Shown here in pieces: positions 1 to 10,065 of a stretch of 64,000 nt of DNA. The DNA is from Bacteroidota bacterium (lineage in GTDB: Bacteria; Bacteroidota; Bacteroidia; Flavobacteriales; Flavobacteriaceae). Numbering within the stretch: position 1 is the stretch's first letter; the number at the start of each line of letters is the position of its first letter. Position numbers and translations under genes: made by a program. The stretch lies in NCBI GenBank assembly GCA_030528745.1, contig JAUMYH010000001.1, positions 32,622 through 96,621 on the forward strand. The letters run 5' to 3'. A model generated the notes under the pieces. The model saw only the letters and a list, made by a program, of their open reading frames with translations, was not told where the DNA came from and searched no databases.

Positions 1-74
1 ACATAAGTACAAAGTATATATCTGATACAGATATAAAAATGAGGGTTAGTTTGTAAATATTAAAAGTAAAAAAG

Positions 75-1310
75 ATGAATAACAGGTTTAAATATTGTGG
101 TTTTTTGTTATTGAGTTTTATAGGGTTAAATTCGTGCAATTCACAAAAGGCGAATCAATATGTAGCAAATCATCAAATTATAAATAAGGAAGTGCATCTT
201 GTTGAAAATGATGTGGTTATTCCTGCTGCCAACAGGGTAGATGTATATTTACCATTGTTAAAAAACAAGAAAGTAGGTTTATTAACCAATCAGACAGGTG
301 TGGTTGAAATCAATCAGTCGGAGCAAATTCATCTGGTAGATTTTTTGTTGAGCAGAAATGTTGATTTACAAAAAATATACGCCCCCGAACACGGCTTCAG
401 AGGCACGGCAGATGCAGGAGAATGGATAAAAGACGGTAAAGATGCCCAAACAGGACTTCCCATTATATCGCTTTATGCCAATAACAAGAAGCCTACAAAG
501 GAACATTTGGAAGGCATTGATATTATGGTGTTTGACCTTCAGGATGTAGGAGTGCGATTCTATACGTATATTTCATCGTTGCATTATTTGATGGAGGCGT
601 GTGCTGAGCAAAATATCCCACTCGTTATTTTGGACAGACCTAATCCGAATATACAAATCGTAGATGGCCCTGTATTAGATGTTGATTTACAGAGTTTTGT
701 GGGTATGCATCCAGTGCCAATTTTACACGGAATGACCATAGCCGAATATGCCCAGATGATTAATGGCGAAAAATGGCTTAAAGATGGGGTGCAATGCAAA
801 CTACAAATTGTTACTTGTGATAATTATTCTCGTAGTTCAATCTATAATATACCCATTCCTCCTTCTCCGAATTTGCCAAATGAGCAGTCTATAAATTTGT
901 ACGCAAGCCTTTGTTTTTTTGAAGGAACTAATGTAAGCGTTGGAAGAGGAACGGATATGCAATTTCAAATATTTGGGTCGCCATTTTTGGAAAATATGGA
1001 TTTTAAATTCACTCCCAAACCCAATCAAGGAGCCAAAAATCCGATGTATAACGGCAAGGAATGTAAAGGGAGAAATTTGGTTAAACACCCAAAAGTAAAT
1101 AAGTTAGAGTTAAAATGGTTGATAGATGCCTACCAAAATACTTCTGATAAATCAAAATTTTTTAATAACTTTTTTGATAAATTATCTGGAAATAAAACCT
1201 TGCGTAAACAGATAGAGCAAGGAATGAGTCAGGAAGAAATCCGAAAGACGTGGCAAACCGATTTGGAGGATTTTAAAAAGAGAAGAGTTAAATATCTTTT
1301 GTATAAATAA
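75..1310 (+). CDS. DUF1343-family lipoprotein, NamZ-like exo-beta-N-acetylmuramidase candidate
   Basis: 411 aa with an N-terminal signal peptide/lipobox-like start (LLSFIGLNSC). Conserved DUF1343 block YAPEHGFRG and the overall length fit the YzbB/NamZ family. Confidence 0.6.
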   Translation: MNNRFKYCGFLLLSFIGLNSCNSQKANQYVANHQIINKEVHLVENDVVIPAANRVDVYLPLLKNKKVGLLTNQTGVVEINQSEQIHLVDFLLSRNVDLQKIYAPEHGFRGTADAGEWIKDGKDAQTGLPIISLYANNKKPTKEHLEGIDIMVFDLQDVGVRFYTYISSLHYLMEACAEQNIPLVILDRPNPNIQIVDGPVLDVDLQSFVGMHPVPILHGMTIAEYAQMINGEKWLKDGVQCKLQIVTCDNYSRSSIYNIPIPPSPNLPNEQSINLYASLCFFEGTNVSVGRGTDMQFQIFGSPFLENMDFKFTPKPNQGAKNPMYNGKECKGRNLVKHPKVNKLELKWLIDAYQNTSDKSKFFNNFFDKLSGNKTLRKQIEQGMSQEEIRKTWQTDLEDFKKRRVKYLLYK

Positions 1311-1349
1311 AAAATGTTAGAATTAAAGTGTAATAAATTGTATTGTAAA

Positions 1350-3806
1350 ATGAGTTTAAGAAATTTAATAATATTGTTTTTTATAGGATTTCAAATTATA
1401 ATTAATGCACAAATAAAAGGAAAAATTACAGACAAATATAACACTCCGATAGCTCACGTAAATGTATCGATAGACGGAAGTTACCAAAATACCACTTCAA
1501 ACGCTAATGGAGAATATTTGGTCGATATTAAAAAAGAGGGCGGTTATATGTTGATATTTAAGATGTTAGGTTATAAAACCCAATTCCAATACGTGGAGGT
1601 AAACAAACAACCTTACATTTTGGATATTCAGTTGGAAGAAGAAACCTATCAGATAGAACAAGTTGAAATTTCAAGTTCGGAAAACCCAGCTAACAGAATT
1701 GTAAGAGAAGCCATCAAAAACAAAAAAATAAATTCAAGCAAAGAGGATAAGTATACGGCGGACTTTTATTCAAAAGGATTTATAAAATTAGAAGATGTAC
1801 CCAAAAGAATACTCGGAATGAAGGTACAATCCGATAATTTAGATTCGTTAGGCAATGGAATTATATATCTGTCTGAAACCGTCTCGAAGATTACAGTTCA
1901 GAAGCCCAACAAGCTCAAAGAGCATATTATAGCCTCAAAAATAAGCGGTAATTCGAATGGTTTTAGTTTTAATACAGCCGAAGATACAGATGTCGATTTG
2001 TACAAAAATCATGTCAATTTGGGCAATCATATCATTTCTCCCATAGCAGATAACGCCTTTAATTATTATAAATACAATCTGGTAGACTTTTTTTACGATC
2101 AGTTTCAGAATATAGTTTATCGTATTGATGTCAAGCCTAAAAGAAATTTTGACCCTGTATTTGAGGGAACGATTTACATAGTAGAGGATCAGTACGCTAT
2201 ATATGCTGTGGATTTGAATATCAAGGGGTATCGTATGAATCAAGAGTTTTTTGAAAATCTAAACCTGATTCAACAATTTGAATACAACAAACAAGACAAT
2301 CGCAGGGTAAAAACATCTCAAATTTTTGACCTAAAAGGAACTATATTTAATATTAAATTTGTGGGAACATTTAGCTATGTGTTTTCCAACTATCAATTTG
2401 TAGATGTTTTTCAAAAAAATACATTTTCGGCCGAACGGCGTTCGTTCGATAAAGATGCTAACAAAAAAGATGAACAATATTGGTCGGCCAACAGACCCAT
2501 TCCGCTCACTCCAGAAGAGGTAACAGATTATATCAAAAAGGACAGTATTAGTGCCATCAAAGAATCAAAAGTGTATAAAGATTCGATAGATAAAGTGAAC
2601 AATAAATTCAAGATTACATCTCCATTGTTGGGTTATTCGTACAACAATACTTATAAGGGCTATCGGATATGGTACAGTGGAATTGCATCGTTAGTATCAT
2701 TTAATACGGTTCAGGGCTGGAATTATGGAACAAATGTAGGGTATAGCAAATCTAACAAAGAAAAAGGAAATTTGTTTACCACAGATGTAACGTTTAATTA
2801 TGGATTTGCCGAAAATAAATTGCGTACGTGGGCAAAGATAAATTATAGGTTTAATAAAATTAATTATTCAAATATATCATTATCGGGCGGAAGTATAGTA
2901 GAGCAATATAATGATAATGAGCCTATTTCTCCTTTTGTGAACACCATAAGTACGCTTTTCTTTAAGGACAACTATATGAAGTTGTACAACAAAGAATTTG
3001 TCAAATTGGCGTATCAACAACAACTCATCACGGAGGTCAAATTACAAGCCGATTTGGAATATGCCAATAGAAAGGCACTGCAAAACAATACCGATTATAG
3101 TTTTTTTTCAAAAAATAAATCATATATTTCAAATAATCCGTTAAATAAAAATGATGATGAATTAGCCTTTTCGGAAAATAGTATTTTCAAAACGAATATC
3201 ATTTTGGATTTTAATTTTAGTCGAGAATATACCTCAATACCTAATGAAAGAATCTATGAAGATTCGAAAAAATACCCCAGTCTGAGGCTTTTGTATCAAA
3301 AAGGGATTGCTACGAGTTCATCAACAAATTATGATTATTTGGAAGTTAAGAGTAAGTATATCAAAAATTTTACAAACAAAGGCACATTAGGAACGACAGT
3401 TACACTGGGTAAATTTTTTAATAATCAGAATGTGTTATTTCTGGATTACAAGCATTTTAACGGTAATCAAACCCATTATAATCAAGAGCGTTGGATATTG
3501 GACAGTTATCATCTGTTGCCGTATTATGATAGAAGTACTAATGATTCGTTTGTAGAATTACACGCCGAATATCATCTAGACGGATATTTGACCAACAGAA
3601 TACCATTGTTTAACAAACTCAAGTGGAACTTGGTGGCTGGATACCATTTGTTATCAACACCTAATATCAAACCCTATCAAGAATTTTCAATCGGATTAGA
3701 TAATATAGGATACGGAATCTACAGATTTTTAAGAATAGATTATCTTAGAACATACAATGGAACACAATTTTTAGGACACGGGGTTATGTTTGGGGTTACG
3801 TTATAA
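1350..3806 (+). CDS. Large outer-membrane protein with carboxypeptidase-regulatory-like N-domain plus DUF5686-like body
   Basis: Signal peptide, then a CarbopepD_reg-like beta-sandwich (KGKITDKYNTPIAHVNVSIDGSY...GEYLVD), then about 700 aa of beta-rich sequence ending in an aromatic C-terminus typical of Bacteroidota OM proteins. The track ORF begins at 1314; the ATG at 1350 (MSLRNLIILFF) is the more plausible start. Confidence 0.5.
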   Translation: MSLRNLIILFFIGFQIIINAQIKGKITDKYNTPIAHVNVSIDGSYQNTTSNANGEYLVDIKKEGGYMLIFKMLGYKTQFQYVEVNKQPYILDIQLEEETYQIEQVEISSSENPANRIVREAIKNKKINSSKEDKYTADFYSKGFIKLEDVPKRILGMKVQSDNLDSLGNGIIYLSETVSKITVQKPNKLKEHIIASKISGNSNGFSFNTAEDTDVDLYKNHVNLGNHIISPIADNAFNYYKYNLVDFFYDQFQNIVYRIDVKPKRNFDPVFEGTIYIVEDQYAIYAVDLNIKGYRMNQEFFENLNLIQQFEYNKQDNRRVKTSQIFDLKGTIFNIKFVGTFSYVFSNYQFVDVFQKNTFSAERRSFDKDANKKDEQYWSANRPIPLTPEEVTDYIKKDSISAIKESKVYKDSIDKVNNKFKITSPLLGYSYNNTYKGYRIWYSGIASLVSFNTVQGWNYGTNVGYSKSNKEKGNLFTTDVTFNYGFAENKLRTWAKINYRFNKINYSNISLSGGSIVEQYNDNEPISPFVNTISTLFFKDNYMKLYNKEFVKLAYQQQLITEVKLQADLEYANRKALQNNTDYSFFSKNKSYISNNPLNKNDDELAFSENSIFKTNIILDFNFSREYTSIPNERIYEDSKKYPSLRLLYQKGIATSSSTNYDYLEVKSKYIKNFTNKGTLGTTVTLGKFFNNQNVLFLDYKHFNGNQTHYNQERWILDSYHLLPYYDRSTNDSFVELHAEYHLDGYLTNRIPLFNKLKWNLVAGYHLLSTPNIKPYQEFSIGLDNIGYGIYRFLRIDYLRTYNGTQFLGHGVMFGVTL

Positions 3807-3924
3807 TTTTTATTGAAATGTAAATGTTTGTTTTATAGTGATTTGGAAGTTAAATACTTGTTGAGGTAGATATTTTTTGGAAAAAAGATGTTATTTTTTT
3901 TGTGAATAATAAAAAAGTTCGTAC

Positions 3925-3932
3925 ATTTGCAA
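3925..3932 (+). promoter_or_regulatory. Bacteroidota-type -7 promoter element (TAnnTTTG) upstream of the tRNA cluster
   Basis: tacatttg matches the Bacteroidetes sigma-A -7 consensus TAnnTTTG about 45 nt upstream of tRNA-Ser. Confidence 0.35.
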
Positions 3933-3976
3933 TCGCAAAGAAAAACAAAGTTCTTTTTATAAGGTTTAATGGTTAA

Positions 3977-4060
3977 GGAGAGGTGCCGGAGTGGTAACGG
4001 AGCAGATTGCTAATCTGTCGACCAGTAATGGTCGCCAGGGTTCGAGTCCCTGTCTCTCCG
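3977..4060 (+). tRNA. tRNA-Ser (anticodon GCT)
   Basis: Cloverleaf folds by hand. Acceptor GGAGAGG pairs with TCTCTCC, anticodon loop is TTGCTAA (GCT), there is a long variable arm, and the T-arm is CAGGGTTCGAGTCCCTG. Confidence 0.85.
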
Positions 4061-4079
4061 CATTTTAAATGGTATTCTT

Positions 4080-4154
4080 CGGGATGTAGCGTAGCCCGGT
4101 TATCGCGTCTGGTTTGGGACCAGAAGGTCGCAGGTTCGAATCCTGCCATCCCGA
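4080..4154 (+). tRNA. tRNA-Pro (anticodon TGG), copy 1
   Basis: Acceptor CGGGATG pairs with CATCCCG, anticodon loop is TTTGGGA (TGG), T-arm is GCAGGTTCGAATCCTGC. An identical copy is at 46947-47021. Confidence 0.85.
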
Positions 4155-4168
4155 CACAAAATGTCAAG

Positions 4169-4242
4169 GGTCGCGTAGCTCAGCTGGATAGAGCATCTGC
4201 CTTCTAAGCAGACGGTCAAAGGTTCGAATCCTTTCGCGATCA
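4169..4242 (+). tRNA. tRNA-Arg (anticodon TCT)
   Basis: Acceptor GGTCGCG pairs with CGCGATC (one G-U), D-arm is GCTCAGCTGGATAGAGC, anticodon loop is CTTCTAA (TCT), T-arm is AAAGGTTCGAATCCTTT. Confidence 0.85.
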
Positions 4243-4370
4243 CTTTTTTGGAAATAACTCACTATCTATTAGTGGGTTATTTTTTTATGTAAGAAAATGA
4301 TTTCTAAAAATAAAAATAACCTAATTTTGTCCGTTATACACAAAAAATAGCTTAACAGCTGATTTGCTTA

Positions 4371-4521
4371 AAATCCTTTTTTTCTTTTAACTAAATGTGG
4401 GATAATTTCCGTTTCTATTGTATCTTTGTCCAATATTACAAACGAGGTTTTAATTTTTGAGGTTTCTGCATCACAAAAATTGTAATTCCTGTTTGTTTTC
4501 AAAAAGTTGAGATAGATTTTG
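4371..4521 (-). mobile_element. IS5-family transposase 5'-end remnant (DUF4096 N-terminus only), copy A
   Basis: The minus strand reads ...KTSFVILDKDTIETEIIPHLVKRKKGF*, which matches the LTDEQWxxIEPLLP...KRGG start of IS5/IS1182-group transposases. It is about 85% identical at the nucleotide level to 35111-35258 and is truncated after about 30 codons. Confidence 0.6.
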
Positions 4522-4534
4522 TATTAACCTTTTA

Positions 4535-5191
4535 ATGATACTCAATAGAGTTATGAAAAAAATATATATATTGTTTGTTGTAATATTTGCAATTTTGATC
4601 GTTTTGGAATTGAATTTTAAACCTTCTAAAAAGACGGTTGAGGTTGATAATTCGGCAGTTCCAGTGGTTGAGGATAAAAACGAATTGTTAGCGGTCAATT
4701 ATTATGATAATCAACAAGACGATTTTGAGCAACAGCAATACCACAACATAGAGATACATAATAAAAAAGAAGAATATGAACTCGTGATACCAGAAGGGTA
4801 CGAGCTTCAGGCTGCAGACCCTATAACTTGGGGACTTTTGGGGAAAATCAAATATGAAAAAAAGCCACATCAAGATTATCCCGAGGGGGTGATGTTTCCT
4901 ATTGTAAATAAGGAACTTAAAGATAAAAAAGGGAAGAAGATAACCATAAGCGGATTTATTATTCCGATTGATGAGAGTTCGTACGCTTTGAGTAAAAATG
5001 TGTTTGCGTCTTGTTTTTTCTGTGGACAAGCAGGCCCAGAAACCATAATGGGGATTAAGTTTAAAAATTTAAAAAAACGACTCAAAACTGATCAGTATGT
5101 AACCCTCGAAGGAATTTTTAGATACAACGAAACTGATGTGGAGGATTGGATTTATCACATCGAAAACGCTGTAATCACTAAAGGAGAGTAA
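4535..5191 (+). CDS. Hypothetical membrane-anchored protein
   Basis: 218 aa with one N-terminal TM helix (IYILFVVIFAILIVL), an acidic Q-rich linker and a C-terminal domain carrying a CFFCGQAG motif. No family recognised. Confidence 0.45.
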   Translation: MILNRVMKKIYILFVVIFAILIVLELNFKPSKKTVEVDNSAVPVVEDKNELLAVNYYDNQQDDFEQQQYHNIEIHNKKEEYELVIPEGYELQAADPITWGLLGKIKYEKKPHQDYPEGVMFPIVNKELKDKKGKKITISGFIIPIDESSYALSKNVFASCFFCGQAGPETIMGIKFKNLKKRLKTDQYVTLEGIFRYNETDVEDWIYHIENAVITKGE

Positions 5192-5227
5192 AAAGATAGT
5201 TTTTAGATAAACATATTACAGAAGTAG

Positions 5228-5914
5228 TTAATTTTCGGAAAGATGTTTAATATATTTAGAGCCTTCAGAGATGCTTAATCTTGAAAGGGAATCTTGGTGT
5301 TTTTCGATAAAATCAGCTACCCATTTAGGGTTGGTTTTGCTATAAGCCCTAAGAGACCAACCGATTGCCTTGTTGATAAAAAATTCTTTTTGATTTAGGT
5401 TGTTCAAAATAATTTCCTGAAGCAATTCGGTATTGGTATTTTCTTTTCTATCAAGTTGATGGTCAATGGCTATACGTCTGTACCAAAAATTTGGATGCAG
5501 ACTCCACTCCAAAAGCATTTGATTTAGATGTGGGTGTCTAAGGGCAATATTTCCAATTATTCTATCAAGATAGTCGATACTATCCCACCAAGATTTATTT
5601 CTTATAAGTTGCTCCAAATTAGGTATATCCAAATCCGTTAGTTTTTTCTTATTTTCTTTCAAATAATCCAGTGCAATATATTGTAATTCGCGTTCCGAAG
5701 CCGCCCAACAAGTAAAGACAAAATCCCAATTGATAGTTTTCTCTTTTTTAAGTTCTCTCAAATAGGTATAACTAATCTCTCGCCTTTGTGTAGCCTTTAT
5801 TCCAAAAAAAGGAAATAGATTACGCATATACTTTTGCATTTGTATAGCGTTTGTACCATCTTGGCGAAGTTTTAAATCATTGTAAAGAGAATGATATAAA
5901 ATATTTGAGTCCAT
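5228..5914 (-). CDS. DNA alkylation repair protein (AlkD/AlkC-like HEAT-repeat fold)
   Basis: 228 aa; blocks WWDSIDYLDRIIG and NKAIGWSLRAYSKTNPKWVADFIEKH are typical of Pfam DNA_alkylation family proteins. Confidence 0.65.
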   Translation of the reverse strand: MDSNILYHSLYNDLKLRQDGTNAIQMQKYMRNLFPFFGIKATQRREISYTYLRELKKEKTINWDFVFTCWAASERELQYIALDYLKENKKKLTDLDIPNLEQLIRNKSWWDSIDYLDRIIGNIALRHPHLNQMLLEWSLHPNFWYRRIAIDHQLDRKENTNTELLQEIILNNLNQKEFFINKAIGWSLRAYSKTNPKWVADFIEKHQDSLSRLSISEGSKYIKHLSEN

Positions 5915-5943
5915 AATTGTTTGGTTTAGTTTGTTTTATGGGG

Positions 5944-7386
5944 TTATTTGGAATAATCAAAATGGTTGTTGTCAATAATCATCTGTGCAATACCTTTAGG
6001 CAGCATTTCTTCCCAACCCTCTTCTTTATTAACAATCATTTTGAGTACTTTTCTAGAGAAGATGTTCAGATTGTTTTTATCAAAATTTTTAATATCAATC
6101 ACTTTGCCGTTAAATTTAAAGAATTTATATAATTCCTTCATTCTGGGGTGTACTTTGAGATTTTCAGAATCAATTACTTCTCCCTCTTCGCTGAGCATAG
6201 GGTATAGGAATACTTTGAGGTCTCTAAAAAATAACTTCCCAAAAGCCTCCAAAATCCCCCCCGAAAGGTGTCTGTAGTATTTTTCGTCAAAAACATCTAT
6301 CAGGTTCGGAACTCCCATAGCTATCCCCATACGTTCTTTGGTATATTCTGAAAAGTATTCAACCACCCTGTAATACTCTTGAAAATTTGAAATCATTACA
6401 TTCTGCCCCAAAGAACACAGCAAATCAGCACGGTCAAGAAAGTCTTTCTCGTCAATTTCTCCTTCCGAACGCAGGTTAGAGAGCGTAATTTCAAATACTA
6501 CAATGGTGTTTTCTTTACTCACTTTATTTTCTCGAATGAACATCTCGTAGGACTTCTCAAACATATCCATATTAACCTTTGTAACAGGCCTAAAGCTACC
6601 TCGAAGAGCCAATATATTTTTTCGATAGAGTACATTGGCTGGAAGAATGTTTTGAGCTTGAGGATTAAACATAACGGCCTCTGTCATGCCATTTCTGACC
6701 AGTTGCAGACTCATTAATCGGTTGTCTACATCTTTGAATAAAGGACCCGAAAAGTTGATGGTGTCAATCTCCAAACGGTCTTTGTCGAGGTGGTCGTACA
6801 AGTATTTCAGTAGCTTTTTAGGGTTGTTGTATTTGTAAAAAGCTCCATAAATAAGATTAACCCCAAGTATTCCAAGTGTTTCTTGTTGCAGATTAACATC
6901 GTTTTCACGGAATCGGATATGCAGAATAATTTCATTGTAATCTTGTTCAGGTTCTATCTGATAACGGATTCCGACCCAGCCATGACCTTTGAATTGTTTG
7001 GCAAAATCGATAGTAGCCACAGTGTTGGCATAGCTAAAGAAAAGTTTGTTGGGATTTTTGTCTCTAGGAATACGTTCTTCGACCAATTCGATTTCGTGCT
7101 GGAGCATTTTTTTGAGTCTTGATTCGGTTACATATCGCCCGTCGTCTTCTACTCCATAGATGGCATCACTAAAAGATTTGTCATAAGCAGACATCGCCTT
7201 TGCAATGGTTCTGGCCGAGCCTCCAGCTCTAAAGAAGTGTCTTACAGTTTCTTGTCCAGCTCCAATTTCAGCAAAAGAACCATAAATATCGTTATTTAAG
7301 TTAATGCGTAGTGCTTTATCTTCCAAAGAAGGAATGGTTTCAATTACTCGATCTCCTTTCAAAATAATTTGTTCTTCTTGCAACAT
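5944..7386 (-). CDS. Conserved hypothetical cytoplasmic protein (480 aa), family not recognised
   Basis: Long ORF with coding-like composition and no TM or signal peptide. It contains IYGSFAEIGAGQETVRHFFRAGGSARTIAKAMSAYDKSFSDAIYG but no motif I can assign. Confidence 0.5.
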   Translation of the reverse strand: MLQEEQIILKGDRVIETIPSLEDKALRINLNNDIYGSFAEIGAGQETVRHFFRAGGSARTIAKAMSAYDKSFSDAIYGVEDDGRYVTESRLKKMLQHEIELVEERIPRDKNPNKLFFSYANTVATIDFAKQFKGHGWVGIRYQIEPEQDYNEIILHIRFRENDVNLQQETLGILGVNLIYGAFYKYNNPKKLLKYLYDHLDKDRLEIDTINFSGPLFKDVDNRLMSLQLVRNGMTEAVMFNPQAQNILPANVLYRKNILALRGSFRPVTKVNMDMFEKSYEMFIRENKVSKENTIVVFEITLSNLRSEGEIDEKDFLDRADLLCSLGQNVMISNFQEYYRVVEYFSEYTKERMGIAMGVPNLIDVFDEKYYRHLSGGILEAFGKLFFRDLKVFLYPMLSEEGEVIDSENLKVHPRMKELYKFFKFNGKVIDIKNFDKNNLNIFSRKVLKMIVNKEEGWEEMLPKGIAQMIIDNNHFDYSK

Positions 7387-7527
7387 AGTATGATTAAATA
7401 AAAATATTTTTGCAAAAATACAAATTTAAGTTATCTTTGTGATAGTTCAACGCTATAAAATTTATACTAAAAAGAGAATTATCAATGATTGAAGATTTTA
7501 TGCAACGATTTTAAATAATTTTAAAAA

Positions 7528-7716
7528 ATGAAAAAAGACAAGAAACTAACCATTTTGGTAACAGAAGAGACTCACGCCTTGCTCAATAAGATAGCCAAAG
7601 CGGAATACCGAAGTATGGCACAAACCATTACACATTTAATTCACAAGGAGGCGGAACGGCTGAATATCAAAGTAAAAGAGGAAGATAAAAAAGTTGAAAA
7701 AAATTACAACAATTGA
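7528..7716 (+). CDS. Small ribbon-helix-helix-like protein (possible CopG/Arc-type DNA binder)
   Basis: 62 aa. A beta-strand (KLTILVTEETHALL) is followed by a helix (NKIAKAEYRSMAQTITHLI), the RHH pattern. Its stop overlaps the start of the next gene. It could be a spurious ORF. Confidence 0.3.
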   Translation: MKKDKKLTILVTEETHALLNKIAKAEYRSMAQTITHLIHKEAERLNIKVKEEDKKVEKNYNN

Positions 7717-8480
7717 AAATTACATTTTTAGGTACAGGTACTTCACAGGGGATACCAATTATAGGCAGTACACATCCAGTTTGTTTGAGCAATGACCCAA
7801 AGGACAAAAGGCTTAGGGTTTCGGTTTGGGTAAGGTGGAACAATAGTTCTTATATAATAGATTGCGGCCCTGATTTTAGGCAACAAGTACTCCGAAGTGG
7901 TTGTAGCCAATTGGACGGAATATTGTTTACTCACGAACATGCTGATCATACGGCGGGGTTGGACGATATTCGTCCATTTTGTCATAAACAGGAAATGAAA
8001 TTGCCCATATATTTGCACAAAAGGGTATTGGCTTCGCTAGAAAAAAGATTCGATTATATTTTTGAAAAAGAAAATCGCTATCCTGGCGCCCCTGAGGTAG
8101 AACCCTTTGTAATAAATGGAGAAGCTCCTTTTGAAATAGGAAACAAAAAGGTTATCCCCATTAATGTGATGCACGGCAAACTTCCTATATTTGGGTTTAG
8201 GATTGATGATTTTACGTATATTACCGATGCTAAAGAAATTGCTCAAGAAGAGATAGAAAAAATAAAAGGAACTAAAGTTTTGGTTATCAATGCTCTAAGA
8301 GAAGAACCTCATCAAATGCACTTTTCGTTAGACGAAGCATTGGATTTTATACAAAAGGTACAACCGCAACAAACCTACCTAACACATATCAGTCCAATGC
8401 TCGGATTTCATCAAGAGGTACAAAAAAAATTACCTGAGAATGTTTATTTGGCTTATGATCAATTAGAAATAGAAATTTAA
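7713..8480 (+). CDS. MBL-fold metallo-hydrolase
   Basis: HEHADHTAGLDD (the HxHxDH zinc motif) and an N-terminal LGTGTSQGIP glycine-rich start; 255 aa. Confidence 0.75.
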   Translation: MKITFLGTGTSQGIPIIGSTHPVCLSNDPKDKRLRVSVWVRWNNSSYIIDCGPDFRQQVLRSGCSQLDGILFTHEHADHTAGLDDIRPFCHKQEMKLPIYLHKRVLASLEKRFDYIFEKENRYPGAPEVEPFVINGEAPFEIGNKKVIPINVMHGKLPIFGFRIDDFTYITDAKEIAQEEIEKIKGTKVLVINALREEPHQMHFSLDEALDFIQKVQPQQTYLTHISPMLGFHQEVQKKLPENVYLAYDQLEIEI

Positions 8481-8483
8481 AAT

Positions 8484-8990
8484 ATGAACAGAAAAATATT
8501 ATTATTTGGGCTTATAATATCATTGTTGGTGAATGTGTTTGTGTATTTATACTTCAATAAAAATACGCCTATTCTAGATAAAGATATTCATAAAGAGGAG
8601 GTTGTGCCAAGTACAATGTCAAGTGCATTGACCGATTCCTTACAGAATATCATTTTTGAGATGTCGCATTACACCCTACAAGGTAATGACAGAGCCAAAG
8701 AATATCACGAACAGATGCTAGGAGATTATGATACAGAAGATATAAAAAATATAAAAGAAGCTCTATATGAGTTAAACCATACCAAGCAATGGAGTGATAT
8801 TGAGCAGTTTACTAAAGATGAACATTTTGTGATAAGTCGTGCAGAGGTGTTGAATCACAAATGGATTTTGGCAGATTTTGACAGTAAGAATTATTCAGGA
8901 CAATTACTGATTAAATATACGATAAATCAAGACAAAACCCATTCGTTTACCATTGTCGATAGGGCTTTGTATGTGAAATATCCAAAATAA
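8484..8990 (+). CDS. Hypothetical membrane-anchored protein
   Basis: 168 aa with a single N-terminal TM helix; no recognised domain. Confidence 0.4.
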   Translation: MNRKILLFGLIISLLVNVFVYLYFNKNTPILDKDIHKEEVVPSTMSSALTDSLQNIIFEMSHYTLQGNDRAKEYHEQMLGDYDTEDIKNIKEALYELNHTKQWSDIEQFTKDEHFVISRAEVLNHKWILADFDSKNYSGQLLIKYTINQDKTHSFTIVDRALYVKYPK

Positions 8991-9001
8991 ATACTTTCGT
9001 T

Positions 9002-10063
9002 ATGCATAATTCGTTTGGTCAATTATTAAGACTTACCACTTTTGGAGAATCACACGGAGAAGAACTTGGAGGAATTCTAGATGGATTCCCTAGTGGTATT
9101 GATGTTGATTTAGAATATATTCAAAATCAGTTAGATAGACGAAAACCAGGTCAGTCAGGAGTGGTTACACAACGTAAGGAATCCGATATTGTACACTTCC
9201 GAAGTGGTATTTTTCAGGGAAAAACAACAGGAACTCCAATCAGTTTTGTAATTCAAAACAAAGATACTAGAAGTAAGGATTATGACCACTTAAAAGATGT
9301 ATACAGACCATCGCATGCCGATTTTACTTATGATAAAAAATACAAAAATAGAGATTATCGAGGCGGAGGACGTTCTTCGGCAAGGGAAACTGTCAGTTGG
9401 GTAGTGGCGGGTGCTTTGGTAAAACAATTACTTGGCGATATTCAAATTAACGCATTTGTATCGAGTGTAGGGGATATTTTTGTTTGTAAACCATATCAAG
9501 ATTTGGATTTTGCAAAAGTGGAAACTAATATGGTACGTTGTCCTGATATTGAAACAGCTCAAAAAATGGAAAAGTACCTCAGAGATATTAAAAAACAAGG
9601 AGATACCGTAGGCGGAACCATTACTTGTGTGGTGCAAAATGTACCAGTGGGTTTGGGAGAACCTATTTTTGACAAACTTCACGCTCGTTTGGCTTATGCA
9701 ATGATGAGTATTAATGCCGCAAAGGGATTTGAATACGGAAGTGGTTTTTGTGGTGCTAAGATGAAAGGGTCGGAACATAACGATTTGTTTAATACTGATT
9801 TTACCACACAATCAAATCTTTCGGGAGGCATTCAGGGCGGAATTTCCAACGGAATGGATATTTATTTTAGAGTAGCTTTTAAACCAGTAGCAACAATATT
9901 ACAACCTCAAAAATCGGTAAATAAGTTAGGTGAAGTGGTTGATTTACAGGGTAAAGGACGACACGATTCGTGCGTAGTGCCTAGAGCCGTACCTATAGTA
10001 GAAGCATTAACGGCTTTGGTACTTGCCGATTTTATGCTCCTAGAAAAGATAAATAAGAATTAA
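9002..10063 (+). CDS. aroC: Chorismate synthase
   Basis: N-terminal [20 protein letters not shown], a chorismate synthase signature; 353 aa. Confidence 0.9.
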   Translation: MHNSFGQLLRLTTFGESHGEELGGILDGFPSGIDVDLEYIQNQLDRRKPGQSGVVTQRKESDIVHFRSGIFQGKTTGTPISFVIQNKDTRSKDYDHLKDVYRPSHADFTYDKKYKNRDYRGGGRSSARETVSWVVAGALVKQLLGDIQINAFVSSVGDIFVCKPYQDLDFAKVETNMVRCPDIETAQKMEKYLRDIKKQGDTVGGTITCVVQNVPVGLGEPIFDKLHARLAYAMMSINAAKGFEYGSGFCGAKMKGSEHNDLFNTDFTTQSNLSGGIQGGISNGMDIYFRVAFKPVATILQPQKSVNKLGEVVDLQGKGRHDSCVVPRAVPIVEALTALVLADFMLLEKINKN

Positions 10064-10065
10064 CC

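Noticed and set aside
3973-4207. Track ORFs 3973-4167 (-) and 4007-4207 (+)
   Set aside because: These span the three tRNA genes. Their translations are tRNA sequence read as protein.
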